This document shows positions 10,776 through 23,390 of a DNA stretch of 64,000 bases, piece by piece. Position 1 is the first letter of the stretch; the number at the start of each line of letters is the position of its first letter. This stretch comes from Paramoeba atlantica. Its lineage: Eukaryota; Protista; Discosea. The DNA lies in contig CDRNVI010000056.1 of NCBI GenBank assembly GCA_977017575.1, forward strand, positions 62,001 through 126,000, in the 5' to 3' direction. The position numbers and the translations under genes are program-made. Under the pieces are notes generated by a model. It was given only the letters and a program-made list of their open reading frames with translations, did not search any database and was not told the origin of the DNA.

Positions 10776-11588
10776 TTGAGCGTAGGAAATGTAAGTAACA
10801 TTAAGAAAAAGTACCTACCCAACTTAGTTAACAAACCGAAAACAGGTCGCCCTCGCAAGCTTACAGAGACATGCTCCAATCGCGTCCGCCGCCTCATCAC
10901 CAGCGGTGCAACTAAGGATGCAGTCGCGACCAGTAAAAGGTTGAGAGATGAGGGGGTTGCAGATGTTTCGCCCCAAACCATTCGGGTTTCCCTTCGGAAG
11001 CGTGGTTTGAAGGGGAAGAAGAAATTACGGAAACCCCACCTTACGAAGCGTCACAAAGCTCTACGTCTTGCCTTTGCAAAGAAGTATGAGCATTGGACGA
11101 ACGCCGACTGGAGCCGTGTGCTTTTCACTGATGAAAGTAAGATCTGCCGTTTCGAGTCGAATGGCAGCCGGTGGGCGTGGGTGAGCTTTGGGGAAGCACT
11201 TTCAGAGCGTAATACACACAGCACCGTGAAGTACGGTGGGGGATCCATCATGGTATGGGGGTGTATGATGGCTCACGGCGTGGGCTCCATTGCTCTGGTT
11301 CATGGCAACATGAATGCTGAACAGTACGTTCAAATACTTCAACAGAATTTGTCTCCTTCCCTCCACAAGTTGGAAGTCATGAAGGACCGGATCATCTTCC
11401 AACAAGATAATGATCCAAAGCACACGAGTAAGAAGGCCCGGGAATTCCTTCGTTTACAAGAATTGTGTGTCCTAGACTGGCCCCCGCAGTCTCCCGATTT
11501 AAATCCCATAGAGCACCTATGGGGCGAGCTCAAAAAGTCGACTGCGGATCATCCAGATCCTCCCGTAGGAATGTTGGAACTTTGGTAA
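10776..11588 (+). CDS. Tc1 DD34E transposase, right arm; frame open from 10686 but with no N-terminal ATG
   Basis: Identical protein to the left arm; the spacer extends the HTH (PSDLRRLVVEKLKNGLSIRK). Confidence 0.85.
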   Translation: MSVGNVSNIKKKYLPNLVNKPKTGRPRKLTETCSNRVRRLITSGATKDAVATSKRLRDEGVADVSPQTIRVSLRKRGLKGKKKLRKPHLTKRHKALRLAFAKKYEHWTNADWSRVLFTDESKICRFESNGSRWAWVSFGEALSERNTHSTVKYGGGSIMVWGCMMAHGVGSIALVHGNMNAEQYVQILQQNLSPSLHKLEVMKDRIIFQQDNDPKHTSKKAREFLRLQELCVLDWPPQSPDLNPIEHLWGELKKSTADHPDPPVGMLELW

Positions 11589-11994
11589 CGCGCCCAAAAA
11601 GCGTGGGCAGGCCTTCCTCCGAGTGCATGTCTTCCTCTTGTCCGCAGCATGCCCCGTCGTTTAAGGGCAGTAATTAGGGCGAAGGGGGGACTTACGAAGT
11701 ATTAAGTTTTGGTCATTTTGGTTTGGTAAGGGTGAAGTAAGGCAAAGTTTTGGTCAAAAAAAAATAATCTCAAAAAAGTGAAAAAAGTGTTCAAGTGTTG
11801 GGATCGCATTATATCTTTCATAGTTTTTTATTGTAAGATCGTTGATGAAGTCTAAGTACGTGGGAATGTAAGCGCTACTCCAGCCTACACTACTGTAATA
11901 TACTACTGCATTATCCTCTGCATCTCTTTTGTAAAATATAAAAACATTAAAATTTGTGAAAACATTTGAACACTTTTGTTAGTTACTGTATATA

Positions 11995-12186
11995 ACCCAG
12001 GCTAAAGTGGACGAGGGAGATACCAAAGGCACCTTTGGAAAACCACCACGAAATCGGAACGGTATCACCCGTTAAATATCCTTTTATCACACCAGAATGC
12101 TCCACAAACTGAGAAATACCGTTCCAGTATTGAGGTGATTTTACAAAGGTGCCTTTAGTATCTCCCTCGTCCACTTTAGCCTGGGT
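11995..12186. mobile_element. 192-bp MITE with ~45-bp TIRs and TA TSD
   Basis: TA|ACCCAGGCTAAAGTGGACGAGGGAGATA...TATCTCCCTCGTCCACTTTAGCCTGGGT|TA. Confidence 0.85.
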
Positions 12187-15100
12187 TACATAGCCATCGG
12201 AACATGCTCCCTAGGACCCTTACAGCTTCCCACGCGAGGAAGTCGTCGTCGCCGCGGCAAAAGGCTCCGCCTTCTGCCTTTTTCCCTTGCGCCTCCTCCT
12301 TCCTCTACGGTCTTGCGTGTCACACACTTCCAGACAATTTTTGGACTTTGTAGGTCTATTACCGGTAAAGGGTGAAGAAATATCGAATGAAACCAAAGCG
12401 TATACAGGTATATCAGGTCCCAAACTCTCAAAAAAGGTCTAGGAGTTGATTTGGGAAAAATGTATTTATTGACATTCATTCATAAATTTTCAATTTTTTG
12501 TTTTTCGAAATTTCAGAAATTGCTATGATCACCCTGGTGGGGATGGGGGGCAGGTGGGACCCATCGGAATTGTTGAAAAACTAGTGGTCTTGTCACTCAA
12601 TTCGATTCATACGTCTTTGTAATCATTTTTTTCGAAAACTCACCTGAAACGGTATTGGGCACGAAATCGGGCCAACAATCGGACACGAAATCGGGCACGA
12701 CGAATTAACCTACGGTAGCGAGGGAGTAGTATCTTCCTATTTAATATTGTAATCTATATTTAATATGGGTTATACTTTATAACTTATCTGACCAATGAAT
12801 AGTTAAGAAATTGTATAATATTATTATAACAATTTCTGGTCGCATTTGGTAGCGGGAAGTAGTGAAAGACTGGCGAGTTCGTCCCGCAGCGTGACAATTG
12901 CTCCATCTGGAATGCTAGGGGATTCGAAAATCATGAAATCATGAGGCGCAGTGTAACATTCATGTTTTTCAGAGCGCCAATCTCCTGCAATGGCTTTTTA
13001 CTTTGATCCGAGGGGGTTGCAGGAGCGCTTCCATGTTCAATTAGGCTGAGTGCGTTCAACACAGAGTCGCTCGACATGTGAAGGAGATTGAGATAAAAAT
13101 GGCGTGAATTCGTCTTTTTATACGTGCATACTGCACGTAGGTGATGACGATACATGCATCGCCAAATAACTACTGTACCCCCCCAGTTATCTCTCCCCCC
13201 CCACCCCCACCCCTAGTTATCTGTCGCTTTTCGGTCCTTCGAAGATTTTTTTTCGTCGACCACCCCCCCTAGGTATCTGTCGCCTTTCTAAACAAAGTGA
13301 AAAATGGATGAAATTAGAAGCGCAACTTCAATTGTTTTTCTGTTCTGCTTTGAGGCTAATGGTTTTGCGTGAAGTTCTGCGGTCAAAATTGAGAAGCACG
13401 AGTCGGAGCTCGTTATCCCCTCCATCATCCCCTTCATCGTTCCCTTCATTCAATTTAAAGATCGTCTACCGTCACCCCCCCTCACTAGGGGGGGATATCT
13501 TTTCTTTGCAGGATCGTAATCCCCAACCTTCATTTTAGCAGCGATGGACGACCACCTTGCGCCATCATACAAGCATGAAAAAGCGGCGATGACTGAATCG
13601 CGATCGAAGCCCATGTTGTGGACAAGGAAATGTAATGTAACCAATGACAGGCCGCAATCCATAAGCTCGCTTTCCATATAAACTATAGTGGAATATTAAA
13701 AAATCTCTTTAAATACGGTATTATTCATAATATAAATTTAATGTTTTTTTAATTAGTGTTGGACCCAGGCAAATATTAATTTAAAAAAAACGGAATAATA
13801 AGTGTGCGGGGGGTTTACTCTGTTCGGCGTTTCTTTATGAGTTTGTCTGATTCTGCGGAGCGCCGAATGTTGAGCACATGTTTTTCCGGGACCGTAGCTA
13901 CATGTAGATCCATAAGAACATCAAAAACTTCTTGCGAACTTAAGGTTTCTACATCTACATCGTTTGCCTTATGAATGCATGAAGTTTTGATTTTTACATT
14001 TGTTTCAATGCCTTTGATCTTTTCTAGGAGTTCGTCGGCGCGTTCCTTGCGCTCGTTGCGTCGAACAGATGATACTTCCGAGGCATAAGAAGTCCACAAT
14101 TTTCCGAAAAATTTTAGACAACGGACGCAGCTCATCTGAGCGGATGGATCGCTTAAAATAGTTGGAGCCCAGAAGACGAGCAATACGAAGATATACCCCA
14201 TCGTCTCCAAGTTGAGGAGAATCGGACGTTTCATTGGGAACAGTCGGAGACGATGAATTGCGCAAGGGCAAGGCAACCTCTTTAAGGCGAGGAACTGGCG
14301 CAAAGAATTTTACCCACCTAGTGAGCGATCCCGCTCACTAGAGCAGGTTGACATAGAGTAGTTTATAAATTTATGAAAATTCGTTTAAGTGAAGTGCCAA
14401 AAAAATCGCTTCGTGAAAAGTGGGTACCAAACCATTCACTTAGAAAAAGGAACTCATAAGTACCAGAATGGGGGGAACTCATAAAGAGTCATGGTAGCAA
14501 AATTAATAATAATTTGTACCTCTAATAATAAAATATCATTAATTATTATTTATTTTATTATTATTTATTTTATTGTTCTTGAGAATTATTATAGACTTAT
14601 TTTCGCTACTTACGGACAGCGATATTCTTATGGAATGGTGGTTAGTCAGAAATCCTGAAGACGCAACGTACTGGCTTTGTCAAAAAAAGGAGCCATCTTT
14701 CTGAGATAAAGATACCGTTCCTGCAAAACGCGCTTCACTGAAGCCTGGTACACTCAATGTGGGGAAGTAAGGTGGGGAGCTCCTCGCGGTCTTCCCTGAC
14801 ACTGCCATCTTTCAGATAGATAGTGGATAGGCTCTTAACATGAATATACAACTGAAATATTGAGAAATAATACCCAAGTCAAAAGTAAATCGGGCATTTA
14901 TAATTTTTGTCACTTTTTCTTAAAGGTCGTTCCTTTTAGGGTGTGCGGCTTGCAGCAGGGCAGAAACGGATTGGGTGTTTCTCTTTTTTTTTTGCGCCAG
15001 CTGTGCTGGCTAAAGCTCGAGTATGACCCGCCAAAAATGGGACGCAGCCCAAGGCTTTGCGTAGTACACAGAGTCTGGGAGGGTACCGACGGCATTTCGT

Positions 15101-16479
15101 ACATATTGCTTCCCGCCTCTAAACCCAGTTTGGGTCAGGCACTGGTGCAGTAATTCAGAGCACCGCGGCGCTTCGGGTATTCTGATGACGGAGCGAAAGA
15201 TTTTTTGGATATCTTTCGACATGCGCTGCTTAGCATGGTGCTCGGCGGATCAGAAGCTTGCGCCGTGAGGGTGGCCACGAGCGCGCACAATGTCCGGCGT
15301 GCACTGGACAGTGATTTATTTCCAGATAGACTTTTTGTCCTAACCACCAGGTGCAGATGGTTTTTTTGTTCAGATTTTTTTTAACTTATACAACTTTCTG
15401 CTTCGAACTTTCCCTACTTTCCTCGCCATGGCGTGCGTAATGGCGGAAACGAATCTTCAGCGGGCAAGCGATTGACCAGCATGCGCTCCTGGGCCCTCAT
15501 CAAAGTGACATTCATTTCGATCAGAAGCCGAAGGGAAGCTTTGGAGCGAGAGAAGGTTCCCTGGGGTGCTGCTGAGCGACGTTTGGCCACCTGGCGCAAG
15601 ATCCCAATGGCACTGTCGGACCAGGATTCGGAGGACTACACCGCCATTGGACCTTCTCCAAGTCCACCTTTTTAGAAGATTCTATGGGTAGCACAGATTG
15701 CACTGGGTAAATTATTTTCAAAAAAAATCTTCCTTTAATCTATGTTTTTGAAATTAGTGCTCTTTGAGATTACGATTCAGAATACCGGTCTAAACTTAAT
15801 TACGCCCAAACTTAATTAGGCCCAAAGACAGATTTGGGGCTATAATTAATTTCTAAATCCGTTCTGCCTTAATTACTTTTATCCTTAATAGCCGTTTCAC
15901 CGGTAAGTTGGGCGTAATTATGTACGGGCGTAATTATGTTCGGCACGGTACAATAGAAGAGAAAATAATTTACCACGTTAACCTCATTCCCTTGCAGGAG
16001 AATTAAGTGTATCTGTATTTTTTATTCGTTTGTTTGTTTGTTTGGTACAGGAGCGCCTGCAGTCCCCACGTGCAGACGCCACAAGTACCACTCCGGCTCC
16101 CGACTGATTCCGGGTACGGGGACGCAAGGCTCTCCTAGGGCGCTTCACCAGTGACACTGTACACTATATAGTGAGCCTACTATGTGCCAATCCCACTGGG
16201 AGGGTTCCTGATCAAGCACGAACGCCGCTTTTTCATGAATTTATAAATAATGCTGTAAAAAGAAAGTAAAGTTGAAGTGAAAAATGGAAAGAAAAAAAGA
16301 AAGATATTCAAGGTGACATGCTAGTAGAAAACCATTTCACCTTGACGCATGACCTTTTTACGAAAGGTGGAGTGACATACCAGAACAAAAGTTAGTGTAT
16401 AATAGTACATGTAGTGTGTACATGCAACGTAGTCTGCGTCGCTGACGTAATTTTCCTTTCTACTAGATATCTAATGTAT

Positions 16480-18217
16480 CTAAGGCAAAATTCTGCTTAC
16501 AAAAGTCGCTCCTTGCTGCTCGTACACGTGTAAAGCATTGATCAATCGCTCCCAGGATTTTGCGCACCTAAAACAGTACTCCTCGTCTGTGTACTTTTTG
16601 TTTGGACGAGTTCCAACATCGGCTAAATTTTCTTCACTTGGAATGTCGCACATGATTATTCTTCCATGAAAGTCCTTGTACACTTTGACTATTTTATCCA
16701 GAGATTCTACCTGAGAAAAACCTTTTGAAAAGGAGCGAGCGGCTGCCGTGTTGTCGCTACCTATAATAATGTTGGAAAAATTTTATCGCCATTCGGATAG
16801 CTTCTGATATAGCAGTTGCCTCGGCCAGAACTATCTCCATTTGACAAGTTTGCTCGACTATTTGACTATTTACTGGCTTAGAATCGGACATTGGCCACAC
16901 GGCCAACCTGGTAGTTGTGGCGTCCACGACAGCATAAAATATTCTCTTGCCCTTAATGTAACGGCGATACATTTTCCAATTGTGTGGATGAGAGTTTTCC
17001 CGGATAACTCGAAAAGAGGTCTCAATAGTTACATCTCTCGCACAACCCGATAACAGCTTTGCATCCCAGTCATCCACCAGACCAAGTTCGCTTTGATACT
17101 TGGTGAGCCTACCCAATTCGCGAGGAGGTATACCAAGAATGGCAGAAACGTGTCGCACGTACCCGCAAAACTGAAATAAAATACGCGGAGTTATTTCTAC
17201 TAAGTTCTTCAAAGCGTTGGACCAGGTTTCAGCAACAGTCGGGTCAGCCATCCACGATATATGCCCCTCTTTTTGGATAATCCTTATACCACAATACGTG
17301 AACTGACACGTGTTCTTCTCCATGGTCATGTATTTTGCGACTACATTGAATTTACGAAAGTTGTATTTTAGATTGACGTGCCATCTTTTCAGTGTACTTT
17401 CTGTGCTGACGATCAAAAATGAATCGTACATAAGGGCAATGAAACCTCCTTCATGGAGCAGTACGATCCCTGGAGCTCTGGTATCGGTAAGCGCGCTTTC
17501 TAAACCATCAAGTTCTGTTGGATTATGATCACGATAGGTCAATATTCCCCACATGATGCTCTGAGCGATACCGCATGCGAGTTTATACCCCATAGGTAGC
17601 ACCGTAGGTCGGAGATTTGAGGAGCCTTGCCTGATGCAACATGCGCTCCCAAGTTCAGGGGTAATAGGAATTTGGTAATACCAATTTTTGATGTCCCCAT
17701 GAAGAAAGCGGAAACGCTTTTTCGTGCAATCCCCCAAATCCACTAATGCTTGTATAAGTTCCGCAGTGCTCGGAATTTTAAATGAAATTTCTGTAAGAAT
17801 AGTGCGTTCGTTAGTCCATCTCAAATCGAAAATTGCACGGGCGAACTTTTCGTCCTTCAAAACTGCCATATACTTGCCGACTCCTGTGACATTTTGTGGT
17901 GTCGTAGGCACTAACACTCTGCTATCACATCAAGTGTCCAAATGGTGCCTATAGGATTGTGAATTCGGTGTATCGGACATACACTCTTTCTGAATGTCTG
18001 GAGGGAGAGGTGAGGTGCCAAGTAACTTCAGTGCCTGGCATGCAAGGGGAATACGAGCGAAGTCGGAACTCATTATTTTTATTCCCCCGACGTTTTGAAG
18101 GGGACAAAGAGGAGCCCGATCATTCGCAAATGAACCTCGACCACGCCAAGCCGTGATTTCTTCATCGTGATAAACACCCCCGCTTAAATCAGTGTCGATG
18201 AAGGAGTGCGCAATCAT
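16480..18217 (-). pseudogene. Reverse transcriptase-RNase H of a DIRS-class (VIPER/TATE-like) retroelement, frameshifted
   Basis: RAIFDLR, GDIKNWYYQIP, VLPMGY, MYDSF; RNase H VVDAT, GSDN (other frame, ~16750) and IPSEENLAD. Confidence 0.88.
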
Positions 18218-18599
18218 TCCTTTATATAGATTTTGAAATATGAAATGTGTTCATACGTAAGGAAGATGTGGCACAATTCGTTGTAGGCGTTCGTAGAATG
18301 CTCCTCATCTTAAACTAATGGAGTAGTATGTACACGGTGTGTAGAACAGTGGAGATGTGCAGTAACTGCATCGAATAATTTAATTTTATTCATAGTTTCA
18401 TCAAGCAATGTCGTACAACATGATTATGTCATGCTCCACAGATCTCTTGGATTACAAAATAAAGCAATTAACAATCGGTTAGTGGTACGTGGTCGCATAG
18501 CCCATCGATCCGGTTACGTAGAAAATTTTCGTGTACATTGTAATACTAAAAGTAGCAAGGAACTTCTTGGAGTTTGCCGGTTTATCAAAAGCTTAAAAT

Positions 18600-19394
18600 C
18601 TAATTGTAGGACTGTTCCATAGAATAGTGAGTAGCTGTGAACTCTGACATCCAACGCACGCGCCGGAGGCGTGTCGTAAGGTCTGTTCCTTCGCGAGTTA
18701 AATGACCAGCGCATCCATGTCGGAGACAGTGGAAGGACCAAGTTTGATGTGAGTTCCACTGCAAAAGGTTCGCAACATGTGATCTGATTCTGTTTGCTTT
18801 CACTTTGTCCCAATTAGGAAATAAGGCCAGATGGGATGATGATGATTTTAGGTACATCAACAGATGACATACTTCTGGGGCTACGACAGTGTCGACAATA
18901 TAATGTTGACGTCCTTTTCCTCCACGAATCTTAATCAATGCGTCAGAGGAATTCGCTTCAATATCTATCTTTTCGAGATTCACTAATTGTTTTCTGTGAC
19001 GCAGAAATCCGAAATACGCGACGGCGAAGCCTTGACCATAGGCGAGTTCGCCTTGGTCTTTACAGTAATTAGTCAGAGACCGCATTTGCGCGAGTGTGAT
19101 CGAGCCTCGAGGTTTGGGCTGCAGACAGATATTTTGGACGCCTTTGAAGCGTCTGCGAAAGCGCGAGGTCTGCGACCAACACTGATCGGTGTTTTGATCT
19201 TCTAATTGCCGCCAAACTACAGCGGCACGGTAGGATTCCAAAGTGGATCCCCGATAGAAGCGTGACAGGCTGACGCACAACGCCAAGAAGTCCTCTTCCG
19301 TTACACCAAGAACCTCCCGTGTACACCAAATAATTGTTCTATGCGGGAAAAATAGTACACACGCTTTTGTGCTGTCGCAGGGGCCACTGCCCAC
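18600..19394 (-). CDS. Tyrosine recombinase of the same retroelement
   Basis: AYFGFLR (R), GGKG (K), HCLRHG (HxxR), RWMS, ATHY (Y). Confidence 0.9.
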   Translation of the reverse strand: MGSGPCDSTKACVLFFPHRTIIWCTREVLGVTEEDFLALCVSLSRFYRGSTLESYRAAVVWRQLEDQNTDQCWSQTSRFRRRFKGVQNICLQPKPRGSITLAQMRSLTNYCKDQGELAYGQGFAVAYFGFLRHRKQLVNLEKIDIEANSSDALIKIRGGKGRQHYIVDTVVAPEVCHLLMYLKSSSSHLALFPNWDKVKANRIRSHVANLLQWNSHQTWSFHCLRHGCAGHLTREGTDLTTRLRRVRWMSEFTATHYSMEQSYN

Positions 19395-20144
19395 TGAGAA
19401 ATTTATCGATGTACGTTGTTTTGACGCGCTTGACGATAACTTTGCCTGATGGTTTCATCAGAAACTCGTGCGCTGCTTTGAGAAGACATGCAGGAAATGT
19501 AGCTCTATCGAAAACAAAATTTATAGAGAAATCCTATTGAGAGTAACAACATGTTTTACACCCTTTCGTTTAGTGTTACAAACATGTCCCGTTTGGGAGA
19601 AGAAAATCCCTAGACTTTTGAATGTGGCTTTAGTCCCCTAGGATAAAGTACCAATGTAATATTCTCATAACTTACTACAGTTGTTACGAGTTGCTCAAGT
19701 ATAGCATAAAAAAGAATAGCCCAACTTTTTTTTTGTAAGTGCAAAAGCAGCCGTGTCATTTCACACGGTTAAAAGGAAGCATCCAGTCAGAATAGAACAG
19801 TCCCTGTGAGTAGTATACTATATTTCTACGTTTTTGAAAAACGTTAAGCAGTTCGATCGGTTTGAAGCATAAGCAATGCAGTAAATTTGTAGTAAAAAAT
19901 TGCGCAGATATAAATATGCAACAGCATTTCAGAAGTAAAGCACATTGAGCATTTTCTTCGCTAAGCACAAGTTTCTCTATGCGTAAAAAGAGATGTTAAA
20001 CAAATATCGATTTCGAAATCACACTCAAGCCTCTAAAGCTACTATTTCGAAAGTAGGTCTATTCACGACCGCGCTTGTACCCCGGCTTTTCATTAGGGGT
20101 TTTCATTTTGAGACGAACCTGTTCGTCGGTCAATCGACAATTCT

Positions 20145-20681
20145 TCAGTTCATGACCGCGCATCCCGCAGTGCTTACATGAACCACGTGGTGCATTGGGA
20201 TATAGCCACGTTTTCCAGTTACGCCCCCGTATGGCAGGCGAACGGGGCTTCGTTTCGACTTTTCTTCCCGTTCAGGACGGCTCACGTGCGTCAGCCAAAC
20301 ATCTCCATCCCTTTTTATAACCCCCAACTCCTTTAGACGACTTAAATACTCATCAGGGGGTATGTCCTCTGGTTCCGCAATTTCAGCGCAGCGATGGATA
20401 TACTGTTGATGGATTTTCACACCAGCACTCAAAGGTCCCAGGCACTGATGCACATGGGCCATCAGGTTTTCTCTGTCTTGCTTTCTCTTTTCTGGCGAAG
20501 AGCCGGTGTATGAGGCCCATATTCGTCGAAGAGTGTTCGACAAGTGCATCTTGTCGAAGTCACGCAGAGGGTGTCCCAAATACTTAGCGACGGCTGAGGC
20601 AGATCGTAAGTAAACTTTGCTGGGGCCCGTTGTTTTACTGTGTGAGTAATCATCTCGAAAACTGTGATACGATTCAACCAC
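20145..20681 (-). CDS. Hypothetical protein, similar to 62212-62613
   Basis: LKELGVIK...LTHVSRPER versus LKSMGVIK...LHITRPPR. Confidence 0.4.
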   Translation of the reverse strand: MVESYHSFRDDYSHSKTTGPSKVYLRSASAVAKYLGHPLRDFDKMHLSNTLRRIWASYTGSSPEKRKQDRENLMAHVHQCLGPLSAGVKIHQQYIHRCAEIAEPEDIPPDEYLSRLKELGVIKRDGDVWLTHVSRPEREEKSKRSPVRLPYGGVTGKRGYIPMHHVVHVSTAGCAVMN

Positions 20682-20890
20682 GAGGGGGGGACACTAGAGT
20701 ATGTATCACGTATTTTTCATTGATCTTTCCTCTCCCCTACTTAGAGTTTCATTTTGCCCTATTCTACTAAACACTAAATAGTGGGACGGGATAATCCTTA
20801 TACGTGTAGGAGTCCTTAGAACTGCTTTTAACTCTAATCCCAAAGTATACAAGTAGTTTTAGCACCCACGGGTTCACCTACATATTTACA

Positions 20891-21799
20891 ATGGATGATG
20901 GCTCGGACGTTCGTCTGGGTAAAGTCACCACGCTGTTGCTCCCTCAAGAAGAAATGCTGCAGCATTTTGTCTCCAATCTCACCGAAAAGCATAAGTCCTG
21001 GCGTATTACGAAAAAAAAGGGTTCCTTCTTCAAGCGCGTGCAATCCCCAATCTCCGTATGCACCTGGGTAGGGGTGTTCTGCGATGAACATCAGCAGGTG
21101 ACATCGATCCAGTGGATTTGGATGGGCCCCTCCAAGTCTTCTTCGTGGGGTCTGACTGGGACACTACAGTGGCAGTGGCTCCCTCCCACGCTACGTAGCT
21201 GTGATGTGAACTCGAACTTGCTTACCGGAACGGTGAGTCTGGATCGTTTACCACCTCGACTTTCCTTTCTGGATCTATCGCAGAATAAATTTATCGGGGA
21301 GTTGTCCTTGACGCGATTGCCTGACACCTTGGAGAGTCTTCGTGTGAATAGGAATCAGTTCGAAGGGGGTGTGGATCTAACGCGTTTGCCAGCAGGACTA
21401 ATGATGTTACATCTTTGTGACAATCATTTTTCAGGTCGTGTTGACTTGGCACATTTGCCGGAAAAAATGCAGGTGCTCGATTTAAGGAGGAATAATTTTA
21501 TTGGCGCACTTGACTTAGGTCACTTGCCACAAAGCATGCAAACTCTAGATGTCTTCGAGAACAAATTTACAGGAACGCTTGACTTGGAACACTTGCCTCC
21601 TTTATTAGAATATCTAGATATCCGTTCGAATAATATGGCTGGATGCGTTACTTTTGGAAGTCTTCCGAAATCTTTGCGAACGCTTCGAATAGACCGAAAT
21701 TACAATCTTTGTGGCGTACTTGATAAATCTGTTCTTCCGGGTCAATTGAAAGATTCCATTACCATACAGGACACTGCCATTCGTCACGCGAACCCATAA
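20891..21799 (+). CDS. LRR protein (member 2)
   Basis: DDGSDVRLGKV N-terminus, CTWVGVFC cap, ~8 LRRs. Confidence 0.92.
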   Translation: MDDGSDVRLGKVTTLLLPQEEMLQHFVSNLTEKHKSWRITKKKGSFFKRVQSPISVCTWVGVFCDEHQQVTSIQWIWMGPSKSSSWGLTGTLQWQWLPPTLRSCDVNSNLLTGTVSLDRLPPRLSFLDLSQNKFIGELSLTRLPDTLESLRVNRNQFEGGVDLTRLPAGLMMLHLCDNHFSGRVDLAHLPEKMQVLDLRRNNFIGALDLGHLPQSMQTLDVFENKFTGTLDLEHLPPLLEYLDIRSNNMAGCVTFGSLPKSLRTLRIDRNYNLCGVLDKSVLPGQLKDSITIQDTAIRHANP

Positions 21800-23258
21800 A
21801 GCGCCACGTTTAGAATCACAGTCTGCCATTCTACTTGTATACTTTGACCCCCACTTTAATATGCACCCCCTGTATCCCCCCCTTTAATATGCCCTTTAAT
21901 ATGCACAAAAGTGAGGCTGCAGAAAGTTCATGTAGTGGGACCCACTGGGTAAATTGGATTTTTTCCCCTTTTTTGTTCTCCTTGGAAAGTCACTTACGCT
22001 ACCAACTTCTAGCATTACATATTATTATGTACTACGTATTATGTTCCATAGTACTGTAGACTTTTCCCCCTCCTTGGTACCACCTACGGCATCCCTGGCC
22101 CCGAGATGTTAATGTTCCTAAACTCTGTCGCGGAAGGCTACCCAAGAATGGCGCAATCAATGGCATGTGGTTGCGTTTTAACATTGTCCAACCACACTCC
22201 CGAGCCAAATCCGCTCCCGAGAGATCTCGCGTGATCTCGCTTGATCACTTGAACTCGTTTTGGGCCTCATCCGCAGCCCCACAATTGCCTTTTCACTTTC
22301 AACTTCCGAGGGGTTCGCAATTCTGGATTTCAGATCATCATTGCTTTCAGTTCCTCTCATTGTCAAGATTAAAAGAAACGGAATGCAAAACAACAAACCA
22401 GAGATATGCAAAAACCGTCTTACATGTACAATGTACATTAACTACGTGTACATTGAGTACATGCACATTAAGCTTAAACATAAACGGCCTTGTTACATTA
22501 AGGCCTAGAATATGAGTATTACATACAATTTACAATGTGTATTACATACCATTGTACCGGTACACAAAATACAAATCCTTTTTTATTCGAATTGTACTCC
22601 ACACCAAATCCAAAAACGAGTACTTTGCGGTCCCTCGAAGTCGAATCGCGGTCCCAGCACGGTCCATGACCCGCAGCCCCTGAGATCTTTCCTCCTACTT
22701 TTTAGTGACAGACTTGTATCACACCTCTAGCCCTCCCCCCTCGAGATTATGTCAACTTTTTCCGATTTCTTTTTTCGAAATTCTGAAAAACGATGAAGTA
22801 TCACATACAGGGAGTGATCGGGCGACGCACACACGCTCCACCACAACGGGACGTTCGACGCCCCCCTCCCCTCGTGTAAATCGCCGATAACCCAAGGGAC
22901 GGAGGGTCAAATTGAAACGTGTTGACTTCCCTTCGGGAGGTCCCCTGTATGGGGGGTAAATCAGATGCTGCGGGGGATCTAAAAATTGCAAAACCCTTCC
23001 AATTTTTGGAAAATGATAGCGCATTCGAGAGCTCTCGCAGAGTTCTATGTTTTAGAAAAACCATTTTGAGTTTTTGAGATTTGAGCAGATACTGTTTTAC
23101 TGAAATCTCCTTTATAATAAACAAAAGTAATCCAATTTACTCGACCAAAATAGTTTCCTAATTTTGGGTCGACTGCAGTCAAAATATACCCCAAAATTTT
23201 TTTTTTTAAAAATACATATTTGCATCAGAGATGACTTTCTTGTTCCTTGTATTTCTAC

Positions 23259-23390
23259 GTTTCTTGTTTTTCTTCGTTTCTTGTTTTTCTTCGTTCCTTG
23301 TTCTTCTTCGTTTCTTGTTTTTCTTCGTTTCTTGTTTTTCTTCGTTTCTTGTTTTTCTTCGTTTCTTGTTTTTCTCCGTTTCTTGTTTTT
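23259..23390. repeat. 17-bp tandem repeat (GTTTCTTGTTTTTCTTC), ~7.7 copies
   Basis: Read directly from the sequence. Confidence 0.92.

Larger units (their letters stand above)
9461..11988. mobile_element. Palindromic Tc1 element: two 1236-bp inverted arms, 56-bp spacer, TA TSD
   Basis: 9461-10696 is the reverse complement of 10753-11988 (one mismatch noticed, 9575/11874); TA|CAGTAACT...AGTTACTG|TA. Confidence 0.95.

Noticed and set aside
14318-14341. Perfect 9-bp hairpin as a Helitron 3' end
   Set aside because: No CTRR at the expected distance on either strand.
13815-15721. Several ORFs of 60-160 aa
   Set aside because: No recognisable motifs; probably decayed element sequence that I cannot assign.
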